Source: a virus
Taxonomy: Duplodnaviria > Caudoviricetes
Virus record (IMG/VR): IMGVR_UViG_3300047290_000079
Coordinates: 1-55,149 of that record
Reading direction: 5' to 3' (one strand)
DNA: 55,149 nucleotides
Below, piece after piece: positions 8,179-17,069 of the stretch; position 1 is the first letter of the stretch; every line of letters starts with the position of its first letter. The position numbers were made by a program, and so were the translations under genes. The notes beneath the pieces were generated by a model. The model was not told the DNA's origin, made no database searches, and saw nothing but the letters and a program-made list of their open reading frames with translations.

Positions 8179-8676
8179 ATGGCAAATCTTGGTGAAGTTT
8201 TTGAACTTGATTCCCTCCCACAAGGCAATGGTGGTTCATATGAGCCGCTCCCTGCTGGTTGGTACACTGCCACAATGGCTGGCGCAGAGCTGAAGGCCAC
8301 AAAAAGTGGCACAGGTCAATACATTGCCATTCGTTATGACATCACCGGCCCAACCCATCAGGGCCGCGTTGTGTTTGGCAATATCAACATCCGCAATCCA
8401 AGCCCGAAGGCAGAAGAGATCGGCCGGCAGCAATTAGGCGAGATCATGCGAGCCATTGGCTTTACAAGGGTTGGCGATACCGATCAGTTGATTGGCAATT
8501 CATTGCAGATCAAATTGAGTATCGAAAAGTCAGAACAATATGGCGATAAGAACGAAGTCAAAGGCTTCAAGTCTATTGCCGGCGGCGCACCGCCAAAAAT
8601 GGCTATGGCTTCTGCCGCACCAGCCGCTGCTGCTGCGGCCCCTGCCAAGGCAGCGCCGCCATGGGCTAAGAAGTAA
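8179..8676 (+). CDS. DUF669-like single-stranded DNA-binding protein
   Basis: YEPLPAGWY, GRVVF and NEVKGF motifs, with an Ala/Pro tail ending PPWAKK. Confidence 0.8.
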   Translation: MANLGEVFELDSLPQGNGGSYEPLPAGWYTATMAGAELKATKSGTGQYIAIRYDITGPTHQGRVVFGNINIRNPSPKAEEIGRQQLGEIMRAIGFTRVGDTDQLIGNSLQIKLSIEKSEQYGDKNEVKGFKSIAGGAPPKMAMASAAPAAAAAAPAKAAPPWAKK

Positions 8677-8692
8677 GATTTAAACCTTACCG

Positions 8693-8721
8693 CCCCCAGT
8701 CAGAAATGGCTGGGGGATTTT
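8693..8721 (+). terminator. Probable intrinsic terminator
   Basis: CCCCCAGTCA-GAAA-TGGCTGGGGG followed by ATTTT. Confidence 0.6.
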
Positions 8722-8732
8722 AGGATTATAGA

Positions 8733-9755
8733 ATGACCAAGATCCCCGAACCAGAAAACACCATCGAAAACCTGATCGACAAGACGCATGAGGGCCGCGC
8801 ACAAAAGCCCCGCCCACACATGGGCGCATCTATGTTGGGCCATCCATGCGAACGCTGGATGTGGCTGTCATTCCGTTGGGCTGTACAGCCAGTGTTTTCG
8901 GGACGAATGCTGCGGCTGTTTCGGCGCGGCCATCAGGAAGAAAAGAACATCATTGATGACCTGCGCTCGATTGGCGTCATGGTTCAGAATTTAGATACGC
9001 AGACTGGCGTTAACTTTGGGTCGCATGTGTCTGGCAGCATCGATGCCGTGATTGAAGGCGGTGTCCCTGGCGCAATGCAAAAGCGGCACATTGGCGAGTT
9101 CAAGACGCACTCGCTGAAGTCATTCAATGACGTGGAGGCAAAGGGTGTTGAGAAATCAAAGCCAGAACATTACGCCCAGATGCAAGTCTATATGCACGGC
9201 ACTGGGATTGACCGCGCTCTTTATGTGGCAGTCTGCAAAGACAATGACCGTATTTATACTGAGCGTGTACGCTACAACAAAGAGATTGCGGAGACGCTGG
9301 TCGAGCGGGGCAAGCGGATCGCATTATCTGAGCGTATGCCTCCACCTGTATCGACAGACCCAAGCTGGTATCAATGCAAGTTCTGCGCGGCGCACTCGTT
9401 CTGCCACGAGACGCACCTGACCGAGCACGTTAATTGCCGCACCTGCGCCCACAGTACACCAAAAGAAGATAGCACATGGAATTGCGACCGCTGGAGTGCA
9501 GATATTGCTCTTGAGCATCAGCACACAGGCTGCGAGTCACATGCTTTGCACCCAGACCTTGTGCCTTGGAAAATGAAGGACAGCTCTTGGGACTGGATCG
9601 CGGTTTATGAGATTGACGGACACGATGTGGCCAATGGCGAGCCAGACGCAAATATCTATTCAAGCAAAGAGATTATTGCAAATGCATCTGGCTGTACAAA
9701 TAAGACTGTCGAGTCCATCAGAGCAATGTGGCAAGGAGCAAGGATAATAAAATGA
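8733..9755 (+). CDS. Cas4/YqaJ-like PD-(D/E)xK exonuclease with Cys cluster
   Basis: GASMLGHPCER, GSID, EFKT, QMQVYM, CKFC and CRTC motifs. Confidence 0.85.
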   Translation: MTKIPEPENTIENLIDKTHEGRAQKPRPHMGASMLGHPCERWMWLSFRWAVQPVFSGRMLRLFRRGHQEEKNIIDDLRSIGVMVQNLDTQTGVNFGSHVSGSIDAVIEGGVPGAMQKRHIGEFKTHSLKSFNDVEAKGVEKSKPEHYAQMQVYMHGTGIDRALYVAVCKDNDRIYTERVRYNKEIAETLVERGKRIALSERMPPPVSTDPSWYQCKFCAAHSFCHETHLTEHVNCRTCAHSTPKEDSTWNCDRWSADIALEHQHTGCESHALHPDLVPWKMKDSSWDWIAVYEIDGHDVANGEPDANIYSSKEIIANASGCTNKTVESIRAMWQGARIIK

Positions 9756-11350
9756 CCCAGCTGCGTGAATATCAACAAAGAGCCATTGACGATCTTTATA
9801 AATGGTTTGAAAACGGCAATGCTGGAAATCCCTGCATTGTTATGCCAACTGGATCAGGTAAAAGTCACATTGTAGCCGCGCTATGCAAGGACGCGCTGCA
9901 AACGTGGCCTGAAACGCAGATCCTTGTGCTGACGCATGTGAAGGAACTAATTGAACAAAACGCTGCCAAAATGCGCGAGCATTGGCCAAATGCACCGATG
10001 GGAATTTACTCAGCAAGCATTGGCAAAAAGCAGCTTGGCGAGCCAATTACGTTTGCTGGCATCCAGTCGATTGGCAAGAAGGCGGCGGATGTTGGCCATA
10101 TTGATTTGGTCATCATCGATGAATGCCATTTGGTGAACCACAAAGAGACCGGCGAATACCGCACGTTCCTTCAAGATCTATTAAGCATCAACCCAGCGTT
10201 GCGCGTAATTGGCTTAACTGCCACACCATTTAGGCTAGGACATGGTTATATTACGGATAAGCCAGCCATGTTTGATGCGTTGCTAGAGCCTGTCAGCATT
10301 GAAGAGTTAATCTACAAGGGCTTTCTTGCCACATTGCGCAGCAAGCACACAAAAGAACAGCTTGACGTTTCTAATGTGAGAAAACATAGCGGAGAATATA
10401 TGAAAGGAGAATTGCAAGCTGCTGTTAATAAAGAACCAAAAAATAGAGCAATTGTTAACGAAGTCATTTCAATGGCGGGAGATCGCAAAGCTTGGTTATT
10501 TTTTTGTTCTGGTGTGGATCATGCGCAAAATATTGCAAAAATTTTAATAGAAAAAGGCATATTGGCGGCTTGCGTGACCAGCAAAACGCCAAAAAAAGAA
10601 CGTGAACAAATTATAAATGATTTCAAAGCTGGCAAGTTAAAAGCTTTAACAAACGCCAATGTTTTAACAACAGGTTTTGACTATCCCGATATTGACCTAA
10701 TCGCTATGCTGCGCCCAACCATGAGCGCGGGCTTGTATGTGCAAATGGCGGGGCGTGGAATGCGCTTGAAGTCGCACACCGACCATTGCATAGTGCTAGA
10801 CTTTGCGGGTGTTGTTGGAATGCATGGACCAATTACAGCAGTGCATCCTCCTAAAAAATCTAAGCCTGGGCAAGATGGCGAAGCGCCAGTTAAGTCTTGC
10901 CCAGAATGCCATGAGCTTGTTCCGCCGAGTACCAAAGAGTGCCCATCTTGCAATTATCAATTTCCAATTTCTCAAAAAAAGTTAGAATTACATAATGATG
11001 ATATTATGGGATTTGATGCTGATAAAATGAATGTTACAGAATGGCATTGGCGCAAACATATTAGTCGTACAAGCGGCAAAGAAATGCTTTCTGTCTCATA
11101 TTATGGAGAACTTTCAGACCAACCAATAATAGAATATTTTCCGGTGACGCATGATGGATATGCAGGAGAAAAAGCAAGAAAATCTGTTTTTACAATTGCA
11201 CGATCTGGCAGTTTTGATAGCAGTGGGTTGTATATTCAAGATTTAAAAGAAATGTCAGATTTAATTAACAAATATTCTTATCCTCCAAAAACAATTGAAT
11301 ACAAAAAAGATGGCAAATTTTACAAAGTATTAAAAAGGAGCTGGGCATGA
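9752..11350 (+). CDS. SF2 DExH helicase (RadD/YejH-like) with Zn finger
   Basis: LREYQ, PTGSGKS, DECH, TATP, TGFD, QMAGRG and CPEC...CPSC motifs. Confidence 0.92.
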   Translation: MTQLREYQQRAIDDLYKWFENGNAGNPCIVMPTGSGKSHIVAALCKDALQTWPETQILVLTHVKELIEQNAAKMREHWPNAPMGIYSASIGKKQLGEPITFAGIQSIGKKAADVGHIDLVIIDECHLVNHKETGEYRTFLQDLLSINPALRVIGLTATPFRLGHGYITDKPAMFDALLEPVSIEELIYKGFLATLRSKHTKEQLDVSNVRKHSGEYMKGELQAAVNKEPKNRAIVNEVISMAGDRKAWLFFCSGVDHAQNIAKILIEKGILAACVTSKTPKKEREQIINDFKAGKLKALTNANVLTTGFDYPDIDLIAMLRPTMSAGLYVQMAGRGMRLKSHTDHCIVLDFAGVVGMHGPITAVHPPKKSKPGQDGEAPVKSCPECHELVPPSTKECPSCNYQFPISQKKLELHNDDIMGFDADKMNVTEWHWRKHISRTSGKEMLSVSYYGELSDQPIIEYFPVTHDGYAGEKARKSVFTIARSGSFDSSGLYIQDLKEMSDLINKYSYPPKTIEYKKDGKFYKVLKRSWA

Positions 11351-11550
11351 GAAGAGAAGAGCCACAAGAGTTAAAAGATTACAAAGAATGGCTGGACGAT
11401 ATATTGGCCAAAGGGCCGCCGAGATATTGTCACAACTGCATGTACTACGACAAGTTTGGCAAATGCACCAAGTTTGACATGGAGCCACCAGAGGAGTTTA
11501 CTCAAACGGCAAATCAATGTGACCACTGGTTCATGGAGCCACCATTTTGA
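11347..11550 (+). CDS. Small Cys-rich hypothetical protein
   Basis: CHNC...C...C pattern, overlapping both neighbours. Confidence 0.75.
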   Translation: MRREEPQELKDYKEWLDDILAKGPPRYCHNCMYYDKFGKCTKFDMEPPEEFTQTANQCDHWFMEPPF

Positions 11551-11942
11551 TCGACCGCATACCAACCGAGCATGAAGAGCAGCGTGAGCTGGTCAAATGG
11601 TTCCGCCAGACTTTCAAGGGAGTTCGCATATTTGCTATCCCAAATGGCGGCGCCAGAGACATCACAACGGCTGCCAGATTGAAGGTTGAAGGGGTTAGCG
11701 CGGGTGTGCCTGATTTGTATGTGCCAGCCTGGCACTTATGGATTGAGATGAAAAGGACAAAGGGTGGCGTGATTGATAAAAATCAAAAAGATTGGCACGA
11801 ATACTTGACATCAATCGGCGATATAGTAATTGTTGGATATGGAGCTGACGAAGCAAAAAGTCTGATCCAAAAAATAGCCCAAACCAAACCAAACCAAGAG
11901 AACTGCAATGAAGAAATTATCAGATCTCAAGAAGATCATTGA
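11547..11942 (+). CDS. VRR-NUC domain nuclease (resolvase-like)
   Basis: EHEEQ, FAIPNGG, GVSAGVPDL, IEMK and Q..W motifs. Confidence 0.88.
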   Translation: MIDRIPTEHEEQRELVKWFRQTFKGVRIFAIPNGGARDITTAARLKVEGVSAGVPDLYVPAWHLWIEMKRTKGGVIDKNQKDWHEYLTSIGDIVIVGYGADEAKSLIQKIAQTKPNQENCNEEIIRSQEDH

Positions 11943-12165
11943 TACGCTTGTCGAAACATATCCAGACATGGAGCTGGATGTTGTTTACCGCTACATCAGC
12001 GACAGTGAACGCATCGCAAACCTTGAAGGCGTAATTCAAGAGCTGATGGAATTTGTCGAGAAATATTCTGACGTTGTTGATGGCGACGATGGTCAGCCAG
12101 AGCCGAACCATGCAATGAGTTTAGTCACTATGGCGCAAGATGTGTTGGAGAGAAAGCATGACTGA
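11908..12165 (+). CDS. Hypothetical protein
   Basis: ORF within the operon. Confidence 0.65.
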   Translation: MKKLSDLKKIIDTLVETYPDMELDVVYRYISDSERIANLEGVIQELMEFVEKYSDVVDGDDGQPEPNHAMSLVTMAQDVLERKHD

Positions 12166-12382
12166 CCAAGACAAAGACATCATCATTCAACAGCAGCGCG
12201 ATATAATTGCGTTGATGCAGAACCCAGTAATGGTTGTTAATCCAAGCCTGCGTGATCAATTTGCAATGGCGGCACTGACGGGTGTGATAAGAACTTTTGG
12301 AGGATTTAACCCTGATGCTTTTGCCAAGAGCTGTTACAAAATGGCCGATGCCATGCTCGCAGCGCGGGAGGAAAACAAATGA
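12158..12382 (+). CDS. Hypothetical phage protein
   Basis: SLRDQFAMAAL...YKMADAMLAAR, a motif common in phage small proteins. Confidence 0.75.
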   Translation: MTDQDKDIIIQQQRDIIALMQNPVMVVNPSLRDQFAMAALTGVIRTFGGFNPDAFAKSCYKMADAMLAAREENK

Positions 12383-12723
12383 TCGACATCAACAAAAAGT
12401 ATTGCACCGCTTGGGGTCAAGAGGTTCGCATTTATGCGACTGATGGAGGAGGGAATTGGCCCATTCATGGGGCCATGAAAAATGGTCGTGATAATATTTG
12501 GGTGGTGACGTCTTGGGACGTAAACGGAAAATATCATTACCCAGAATGTGATCTTGTCGAAGCCAAACCACGCATTAAACAAAAACTATGGTTCAACGTC
12601 TACAGGGATCACACATCAGGCGGATTTTTTACCAAAAAAGAAGCTGATGCAGTAGCTGGATTTCGCCGCATCGGCTGTGTGCAGGTTGAGATTGATATTG
12701 AGGAAGGCGAGGGCCTTACTTAA
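12379..12723 (+). CDS. Hypothetical phage protein
   Basis: GQEVRIYATDG...PIHGA...DLVE, with ATGA overlap. Confidence 0.75.
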   Translation: MIDINKKYCTAWGQEVRIYATDGGGNWPIHGAMKNGRDNIWVVTSWDVNGKYHYPECDLVEAKPRIKQKLWFNVYRDHTSGGFFTKKEADAVAGFRRIGCVQVEIDIEEGEGLT

Positions 12724-12757
12724 CGATCATGCTAAATCGTTAAATAACAGCATGTGT

Positions 12758-12778
12758 TAATTAAAGGAAATGAAGATG
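12758..12778 (+). repeat. 21-bp direct repeat, copy 1
   Basis: TAATTAAAGGAAATGAAGATG, identical at 13590-13610. Confidence 0.9.
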
Positions 12779-13123
12779 ATACTTGAGCAAGCAAGAGAAA
12801 GAATTAACTGCATTGTAAAATGTGTTGCGTGGACACCGCAAGAAGATCCATTAAAAAATGCAGAATGCCCGACTGGACAGCCATATGAGGTGCGGCATTT
12901 TTGGGTGGATCACGATCTATTTGATGATCCAGAAGATGCATTATGCAGGCTTTTGATAAGCGCAGTTAGAGCTGATATTCGGCATTTCAAAAAATGGACT
13001 AAAGGACTTGACGAAACGCCAATTTTGTATTGGAGGACTGAACCTGAAATAAATACTTATGCTGGGAAAAAATCGGAATTGTATGCAAGATATGTCGTCT
13101 CAATGGAAATTTCAAATGACTGA
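12770..13123 (+). CDS. Hypothetical protein
   Basis: 117 aa ORF with AAGGA RBS. Confidence 0.7.
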   Translation: MKMILEQARERINCIVKCVAWTPQEDPLKNAECPTGQPYEVRHFWVDHDLFDDPEDALCRLLISAVRADIRHFKKWTKGLDETPILYWRTEPEINTYAGKKSELYARYVVSMEISND

Positions 13124-13592
13124 CGAAAAACGCACAAAAGAAGCAATGGAATTATACCGCGCATTGGCTGGGTTAATAAATGAAGGCAACGGCACAACCG
13201 GTGTATGTGTAAGCTCTATGGGATCAATGGATGTGATTTATGCAATCATTGACTTGATTGATGCTAGAATAGCTTTGAAAAAAAGAGGAGAAGTGAACAT
13301 GGAAAATATGATGAATTTTGGTTCTGCGATTGAAGCTCTTAAGGATGGCCGCAAGGTTGCGCGTAAAGGATGGAACGGAAAAGGGATGTGGCTTGTTCTT
13401 GTTCCGGGAACGCCTGAAGCACCCCTTTTTGAGGGGTCTCCATACTCAAAAGCATTACAACTGCCCTCATGTGAGATCCTTCCTCACATTGACATGTGGA
13501 CCGTTAATGCAAACGGAAGACGCGCAATGCTACCCGGATGGTTGGCTTCCCAGACTGATATGCTGTCTGAAGATTGGGTGATTGTAGAATAA
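13116..13592 (+). CDS. tad2: DUF2829 / Tad2-like anti-defence protein (domain starts about 13299; in-frame N-terminal extension from 13116)
   Basis: MNFGSAIEALKDGRKVARKGWNGKGMWL...PHIDM...GWLASQTDMLSEDW matches the DUF2829 signature. Confidence 0.8.
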   Translation: MTDEKRTKEAMELYRALAGLINEGNGTTGVCVSSMGSMDVIYAIIDLIDARIALKKRGEVNMENMMNFGSAIEALKDGRKVARKGWNGKGMWLVLVPGTPEAPLFEGSPYSKALQLPSCEILPHIDMWTVNANGRRAMLPGWLASQTDMLSEDWVIVE

Positions 13593-13610
13593 TTAAAGGA
13601 AATGAAGATG
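13590..13610 (+). repeat. 21-bp direct repeat, copy 2
   Basis: Identical to 12758-12778. Confidence 0.9.
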
Positions 13611-13841
13611 GCTGATGACTTAGCTAAAGCATATTCGGTTGGGCTACGTGATGGGCGCAAAGAAGCCGCCGACCGCATTGAGGAGCTGGAGGCGGCGCTG
13701 AAATGGATAAGTGAATATAACGACGATATTCCAGCGGAACCGCCTACAGAAATTGGTGAAGAAAGTAAAAAATTGTGGGTTGCTTTAATTATATGCACAT
13801 GTCGCGCAAAATATGCGCTCAAGGAGAAGAAAGATGACTAA
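13602..13841 (+). CDS. Hypothetical protein
   Basis: EAADRIEELEAAL motif common in phage small ORFs. Confidence 0.7.
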   Translation: MKMADDLAKAYSVGLRDGRKEAADRIEELEAALKWISEYNDDIPAEPPTEIGEESKKLWVALIICTCRAKYALKEKKDD

Positions 13842-14040
13842 AATTACGAACGAAACTACGATGGACCTTCTTACAGGTTACAAGCCTAAATCAACTGAAG
13901 AGCTGGCCGAATGGCTTATGATAGCTTTTCGCAATTTAAAAGATTCAAACGGAAAGCTCATATATTTTAGGTTGGACCCTACTATAGCCTATCAAATTGC
14001 TAGCATGATGCAGGACGCAAAGCTAAAGGTGCCGAAATGA
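13834..14040 (+). CDS. Hypothetical protein
   Basis: GGAG RBS, overlapping neighbours. Confidence 0.65.
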   Translation: MTKITNETTMDLLTGYKPKSTEELAEWLMIAFRNLKDSNGKLIYFRLDPTIAYQIASMMQDAKLKVPK

Positions 14041-14333
14041 ACGTAGACGCTATGTTCAATGAAAAATCAATTGCGTTTTTAACCATGTTCAAAAAACTTG
14101 AGCATGTGCAGTGCGAAGACATCAAACCCCACAATGGCGGCAAGCAGATCAGTTTAAGAGTTGATCCGTTGACGGTGTTGAAAATTGACGAAATTGCAAA
14201 TCGAATTGGGTGGTCTAGATCAGACGTAATGGTTGTTCTTTTGTGCAAAGGTTTACACTTCATGTACGAGCGATTGAACAGAGAGGTACTTGAGAGCTTG
14301 GCTCGTTCGCTATACGAATCTGTAGGAGAATAA
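14037..14333 (+). CDS. Putative ribbon-helix-helix DNA-binding protein
   Basis: KQISLRVD...KIDEIA...SRSDVM pattern. Confidence 0.6.
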   Translation: MNVDAMFNEKSIAFLTMFKKLEHVQCEDIKPHNGGKQISLRVDPLTVLKIDEIANRIGWSRSDVMVVLLCKGLHFMYERLNREVLESLARSLYESVGE

Positions 14334-14335
14334 AG

Positions 14336-14521
14336 ATGAACAAACACCTTGAAAGACTTTTGACTGGCAGCGTTGTGATTGCAACAATCGCTCTTATCGC
14401 TGCCTGCATATGGTTCTTGATCGAGATCCGCATATTGCACTGGCTGGTTCTGTTTACTGTTGCCAGTTGGGTGATCGGCACGGTCGTGAAAAAATGGGGG
14501 TTTAAAAATGATCAACCCTAA
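14336..14521 (+). CDS. Small membrane protein
   Basis: Two hydrophobic segments and a GGAG RBS. Confidence 0.65.
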   Translation: MNKHLERLLTGSVVIATIALIAACIWFLIEIRILHWLVLFTVASWVIGTVVKKWGFKNDQP

Positions 14522-14717
14522 TCTTCAAAAGATGCTCATCGCGGCCGAGGACATCGAGGCGCCAGAGCTGATGACGATATTGGCTCTGCTGATGGCTCAC
14601 AACATTTATGAGAATGTGGATCCACACAAACGGCCAAAGGCCCTCAGAATGCAAGAGGCAGCCATTCGTGAATTGTTGAGGAAATTGGAAGACGCAGAAA
14701 ATTCAACAGAACATTAA
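14508..14717 (+). CDS. Hypothetical protein
   Basis: ORF within the operon. Confidence 0.65.
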   Translation: MINPNLQKMLIAAEDIEAPELMTILALLMAHNIYENVDPHKRPKALRMQEAAIRELLRKLEDAENSTEH

Positions 14718-14726
14718 GGTCAAAAC

Positions 14727-14981
14727 ATGAAATTCGAATTGATCCTCAGCCTACCAGTCAGAAGCAAAGACAATCGACCACCGTCCTTGGTTCAAAGAAT
14801 GGTTGTTGAACACAAGTCAAAGAACCTTAATGAGATGACAACCTATATATCAAGTGAGCCATTCATCATTGTAGAAGAATTTTTCCCTGATGATTTTGGA
14901 AATTGGAATAACCCTAAAAGCAACGGAGAAATAACAGTCAACACAGATCTAATCGGAAAAGTAAGAGTTTGGATACCATAA
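14727..14981 (+). CDS. Hypothetical protein
   Basis: ORF within the operon. Confidence 0.7.
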   Translation: MKFELILSLPVRSKDNRPPSLVQRMVVEHKSKNLNEMTTYISSEPFIIVEEFFPDDFGNWNNPKSNGEITVNTDLIGKVRVWIP

Positions 14982-14995
14982 CAAAGGAGCAAAAA

Positions 14996-15394
14996 ATGGA
15001 ATACGCTACAATTATGCAAAGTGCAGCAAAAACATATAACGAGCGCAGCGAGCAATATGGCGATCTTGAGGGAACTCACTACAGGATTGCCCAGATCGCC
15101 AGTCTGATCTTGGGTAAGCCGATCACGCCATATGATATTGCAATGATCCTTCATGCTGTTAAACTGGGGCGTCTACAGGAGGATCGCAAAAACCCTGACA
15201 ACTACATCGACGGCATCAACTATTTTGCCTTCGCTGGATCCTTCATCACTGCCACACAAGTAGAGGACGACATCGCCGCCATAGCAAAGCGGTTTGCTCC
15301 AATCAAAAGGACTGATTCAAATGAGACAGATAACAGCGGCTATAATGGCGGCAACTCTAACAGCTTCAAGCCTGATACCCCCAGTAATGGCTGA
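14996..15394 (+). CDS. DUF6378-like protein
   Basis: R..QYG...RIA...ITPYDIA...KLGR...DNYIDGINY pattern, AAGGAG RBS. Confidence 0.75.
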   Translation: MEYATIMQSAAKTYNERSEQYGDLEGTHYRIAQIASLILGKPITPYDIAMILHAVKLGRLQEDRKNPDNYIDGINYFAFAGSFITATQVEDDIAAIAKRFAPIKRTDSNETDNSGYNGGNSNSFKPDTPSNG

Positions 15395-15938
15395 TGAGAG
15401 CGCGGCTGAGTATTTTGCGAAAGATCGCATGTACTGGTCAAAGGGCCTTAAGGCACCAGAGAGCGGTGGGTGGGTCGGGGGCTTCACAGGAAGTCTCAGC
15501 AAGAACTCAAGCAAGGTCGATGTTGCAAAGGCTGTTGCCGATGAGGCAAGGTCTCGTCTTGGATCAGACCACGTTGAGGATGCCTTGCGTCTGACGCGCC
15601 TGGAGAGTGGCTTTCAATGCCACGTCCTTGGGCCAAAGACGCGCCATGGTCGTGCTGTAGGGCCTTTGCAGGTCATACCGGCAAGCGCATTTGAACTCGG
15701 GATCACGGCTGCCCAATTGAGTTCAGATTGCAAGGCCCAAATTGCTGCTGGCATCATGCATATGCAAAAGTGCATCGACAGCGGCGCCAACACTTATAGC
15801 AAGATGGCTGCCTGCCATGTTGCAGGATGGAAGGGCTGGAATGTGAAGCTGGCGCGAAGGGCTGAGGCATACAAGAAGAAGTATGTCAAAATGGCTCAGG
15901 CATCGAGCGTGCCGTCTTGGGTGGGGAGTTTGAGGTGA
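15321..15938 (+). CDS. Exported lytic transglycosylase (SLT-like)
   Basis: Signal-peptide-like N-terminus (MRQITAAIMAATL...VMA), catalytic LESG and AVGPLQV motif. Confidence 0.75.
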   Translation: MRQITAAIMAATLTASSLIPPVMADESAAEYFAKDRMYWSKGLKAPESGGWVGGFTGSLSKNSSKVDVAKAVADEARSRLGSDHVEDALRLTRLESGFQCHVLGPKTRHGRAVGPLQVIPASAFELGITAAQLSSDCKAQIAAGIMHMQKCIDSGANTYSKMAACHVAGWKGWNVKLARRAEAYKKKYVKMAQASSVPSWVGSLR

Positions 15939-16450
15939 ATAAGAAGTTTGATCAGCTTTCAGATGAAAACAGAAAGATCTTGGAATTGTGGGATGCTGGC
16001 CAATCTGCAACTGAGATAGGTAAGCAGTTCAATCTCACACGCAACGCTGTTATGGGCAAAGTCCATCGCGCAAGACTGGCTGGCGTGAAGATGGCCAAAT
16101 ATAAGACTATTCGGACAGGCGCAAAACCAGCACCTGTCCGAAAAGTCAAAAACAGAAGCATCATCATGAAGGCAAAGAAGGAGAACAGGCCATTGCCTGT
16201 GCCGCCACCAATACCAACACCATCGAAGAACAAAAAAATAAAGCCTGTCAGCCTTCTTGATCTCAAACCATGGTCGTGCAGATACATGGTGAATGAAGAC
16301 AAGACCAATGCTTTCTTCTGCGGCGCTCCAAAGGAAGTAAGGTCGTATTGTAAGGTGCATGCCGACTTGTGCTATGTTCCATCAACGTGGAGGAAGAAAT
16401 GGCCGATAGAATTATCAGCACTGGATGGCATTACAACTATGGGTGGCTAA
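15935..16450 (+). CDS. gcrA: GcrA-family cell-cycle transcription regulator
   Basis: LWDAGQSATEIG...TRNAVMGKVHR N-domain and SLLDL...CRY...FFCG...YC..H C-domain. Confidence 0.9.
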   Translation: MNKKFDQLSDENRKILELWDAGQSATEIGKQFNLTRNAVMGKVHRARLAGVKMAKYKTIRTGAKPAPVRKVKNRSIIMKAKKENRPLPVPPPIPTPSKNKKIKPVSLLDLKPWSCRYMVNEDKTNAFFCGAPKEVRSYCKVHADLCYVPSTWRKKWPIELSALDGITTMGG

Positions 16451-16626
16451 GACGTCCAGAACTCGATAATAACGGCTGGTATTGCTATGAAGATGGCGAT
16501 GGTGATCTTTATTTGACTGACTATCCTAACTTCAAAAAACGCCTGAAATTGGATTGCAGATTGGATAGCGAGACGGGGGAGAAGTATTTATGTTTCACCA
16601 AATCGGATGTGAAAATCAAAAAATAG
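16399..16626 (+). CDS. Hypothetical protein
   Basis: GGAGG RBS; contains GWLRRPELD. Confidence 0.7.
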   Translation: MADRIISTGWHYNYGWLRRPELDNNGWYCYEDGDGDLYLTDYPNFKKRLKLDCRLDSETGEKYLCFTKSDVKIKK

Positions 16627-17069
16627 GATCAAAAGAAGACCTTGTGCGGCATTACAAAGAAGTCCGTGCAAGATTGATGGGTGGACAAACCAAACCAGAG
16701 CCAGAATCAAATCCAGAGCCAAAGATTGAGATGATTCAGATCAGATCAGTTTCAGCACCAGAAAAGATCAAGGTGATCCGTATTATGGGGCCAAAGACAA
16801 AAGCCAATCTGATCATAAACAGAATTTTGTTTGATAATCAGATCAGCCGTGAGGAAGTCTTCAGCCTATCTCGCAAGCAAAAGTTTGTTGTGATCCGTGC
16901 TGAGATATGGACTGAGCTTCAAAAACTCGGGATGTCTTTGCCTCAGATCGGAAGGTTCTGCAGGCCAGACCAACCCTACGATCACACCACAATCCTGAAC
17001 GGCATCCGCAAGTACCCAAAATATGTACAACAAGCCCAACAAGGTAAGCCTGACCATGCTACCCAATGA
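16590..17069 (+). CDS. DnaA C-terminal (domain IV)-like DNA-binding protein
   Basis: SR...VVIR...MSLPQIGR...DHTTILNGIRK matches the Bac_DnaA_C signature. Confidence 0.82.
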   Translation: MFHQIGCENQKIGSKEDLVRHYKEVRARLMGGQTKPEPESNPEPKIEMIQIRSVSAPEKIKVIRIMGPKTKANLIINRILFDNQISREEVFSLSRKQKFVVIRAEIWTELQKLGMSLPQIGRFCRPDQPYDHTTILNGIRKYPKYVQQAQQGKPDHATQ

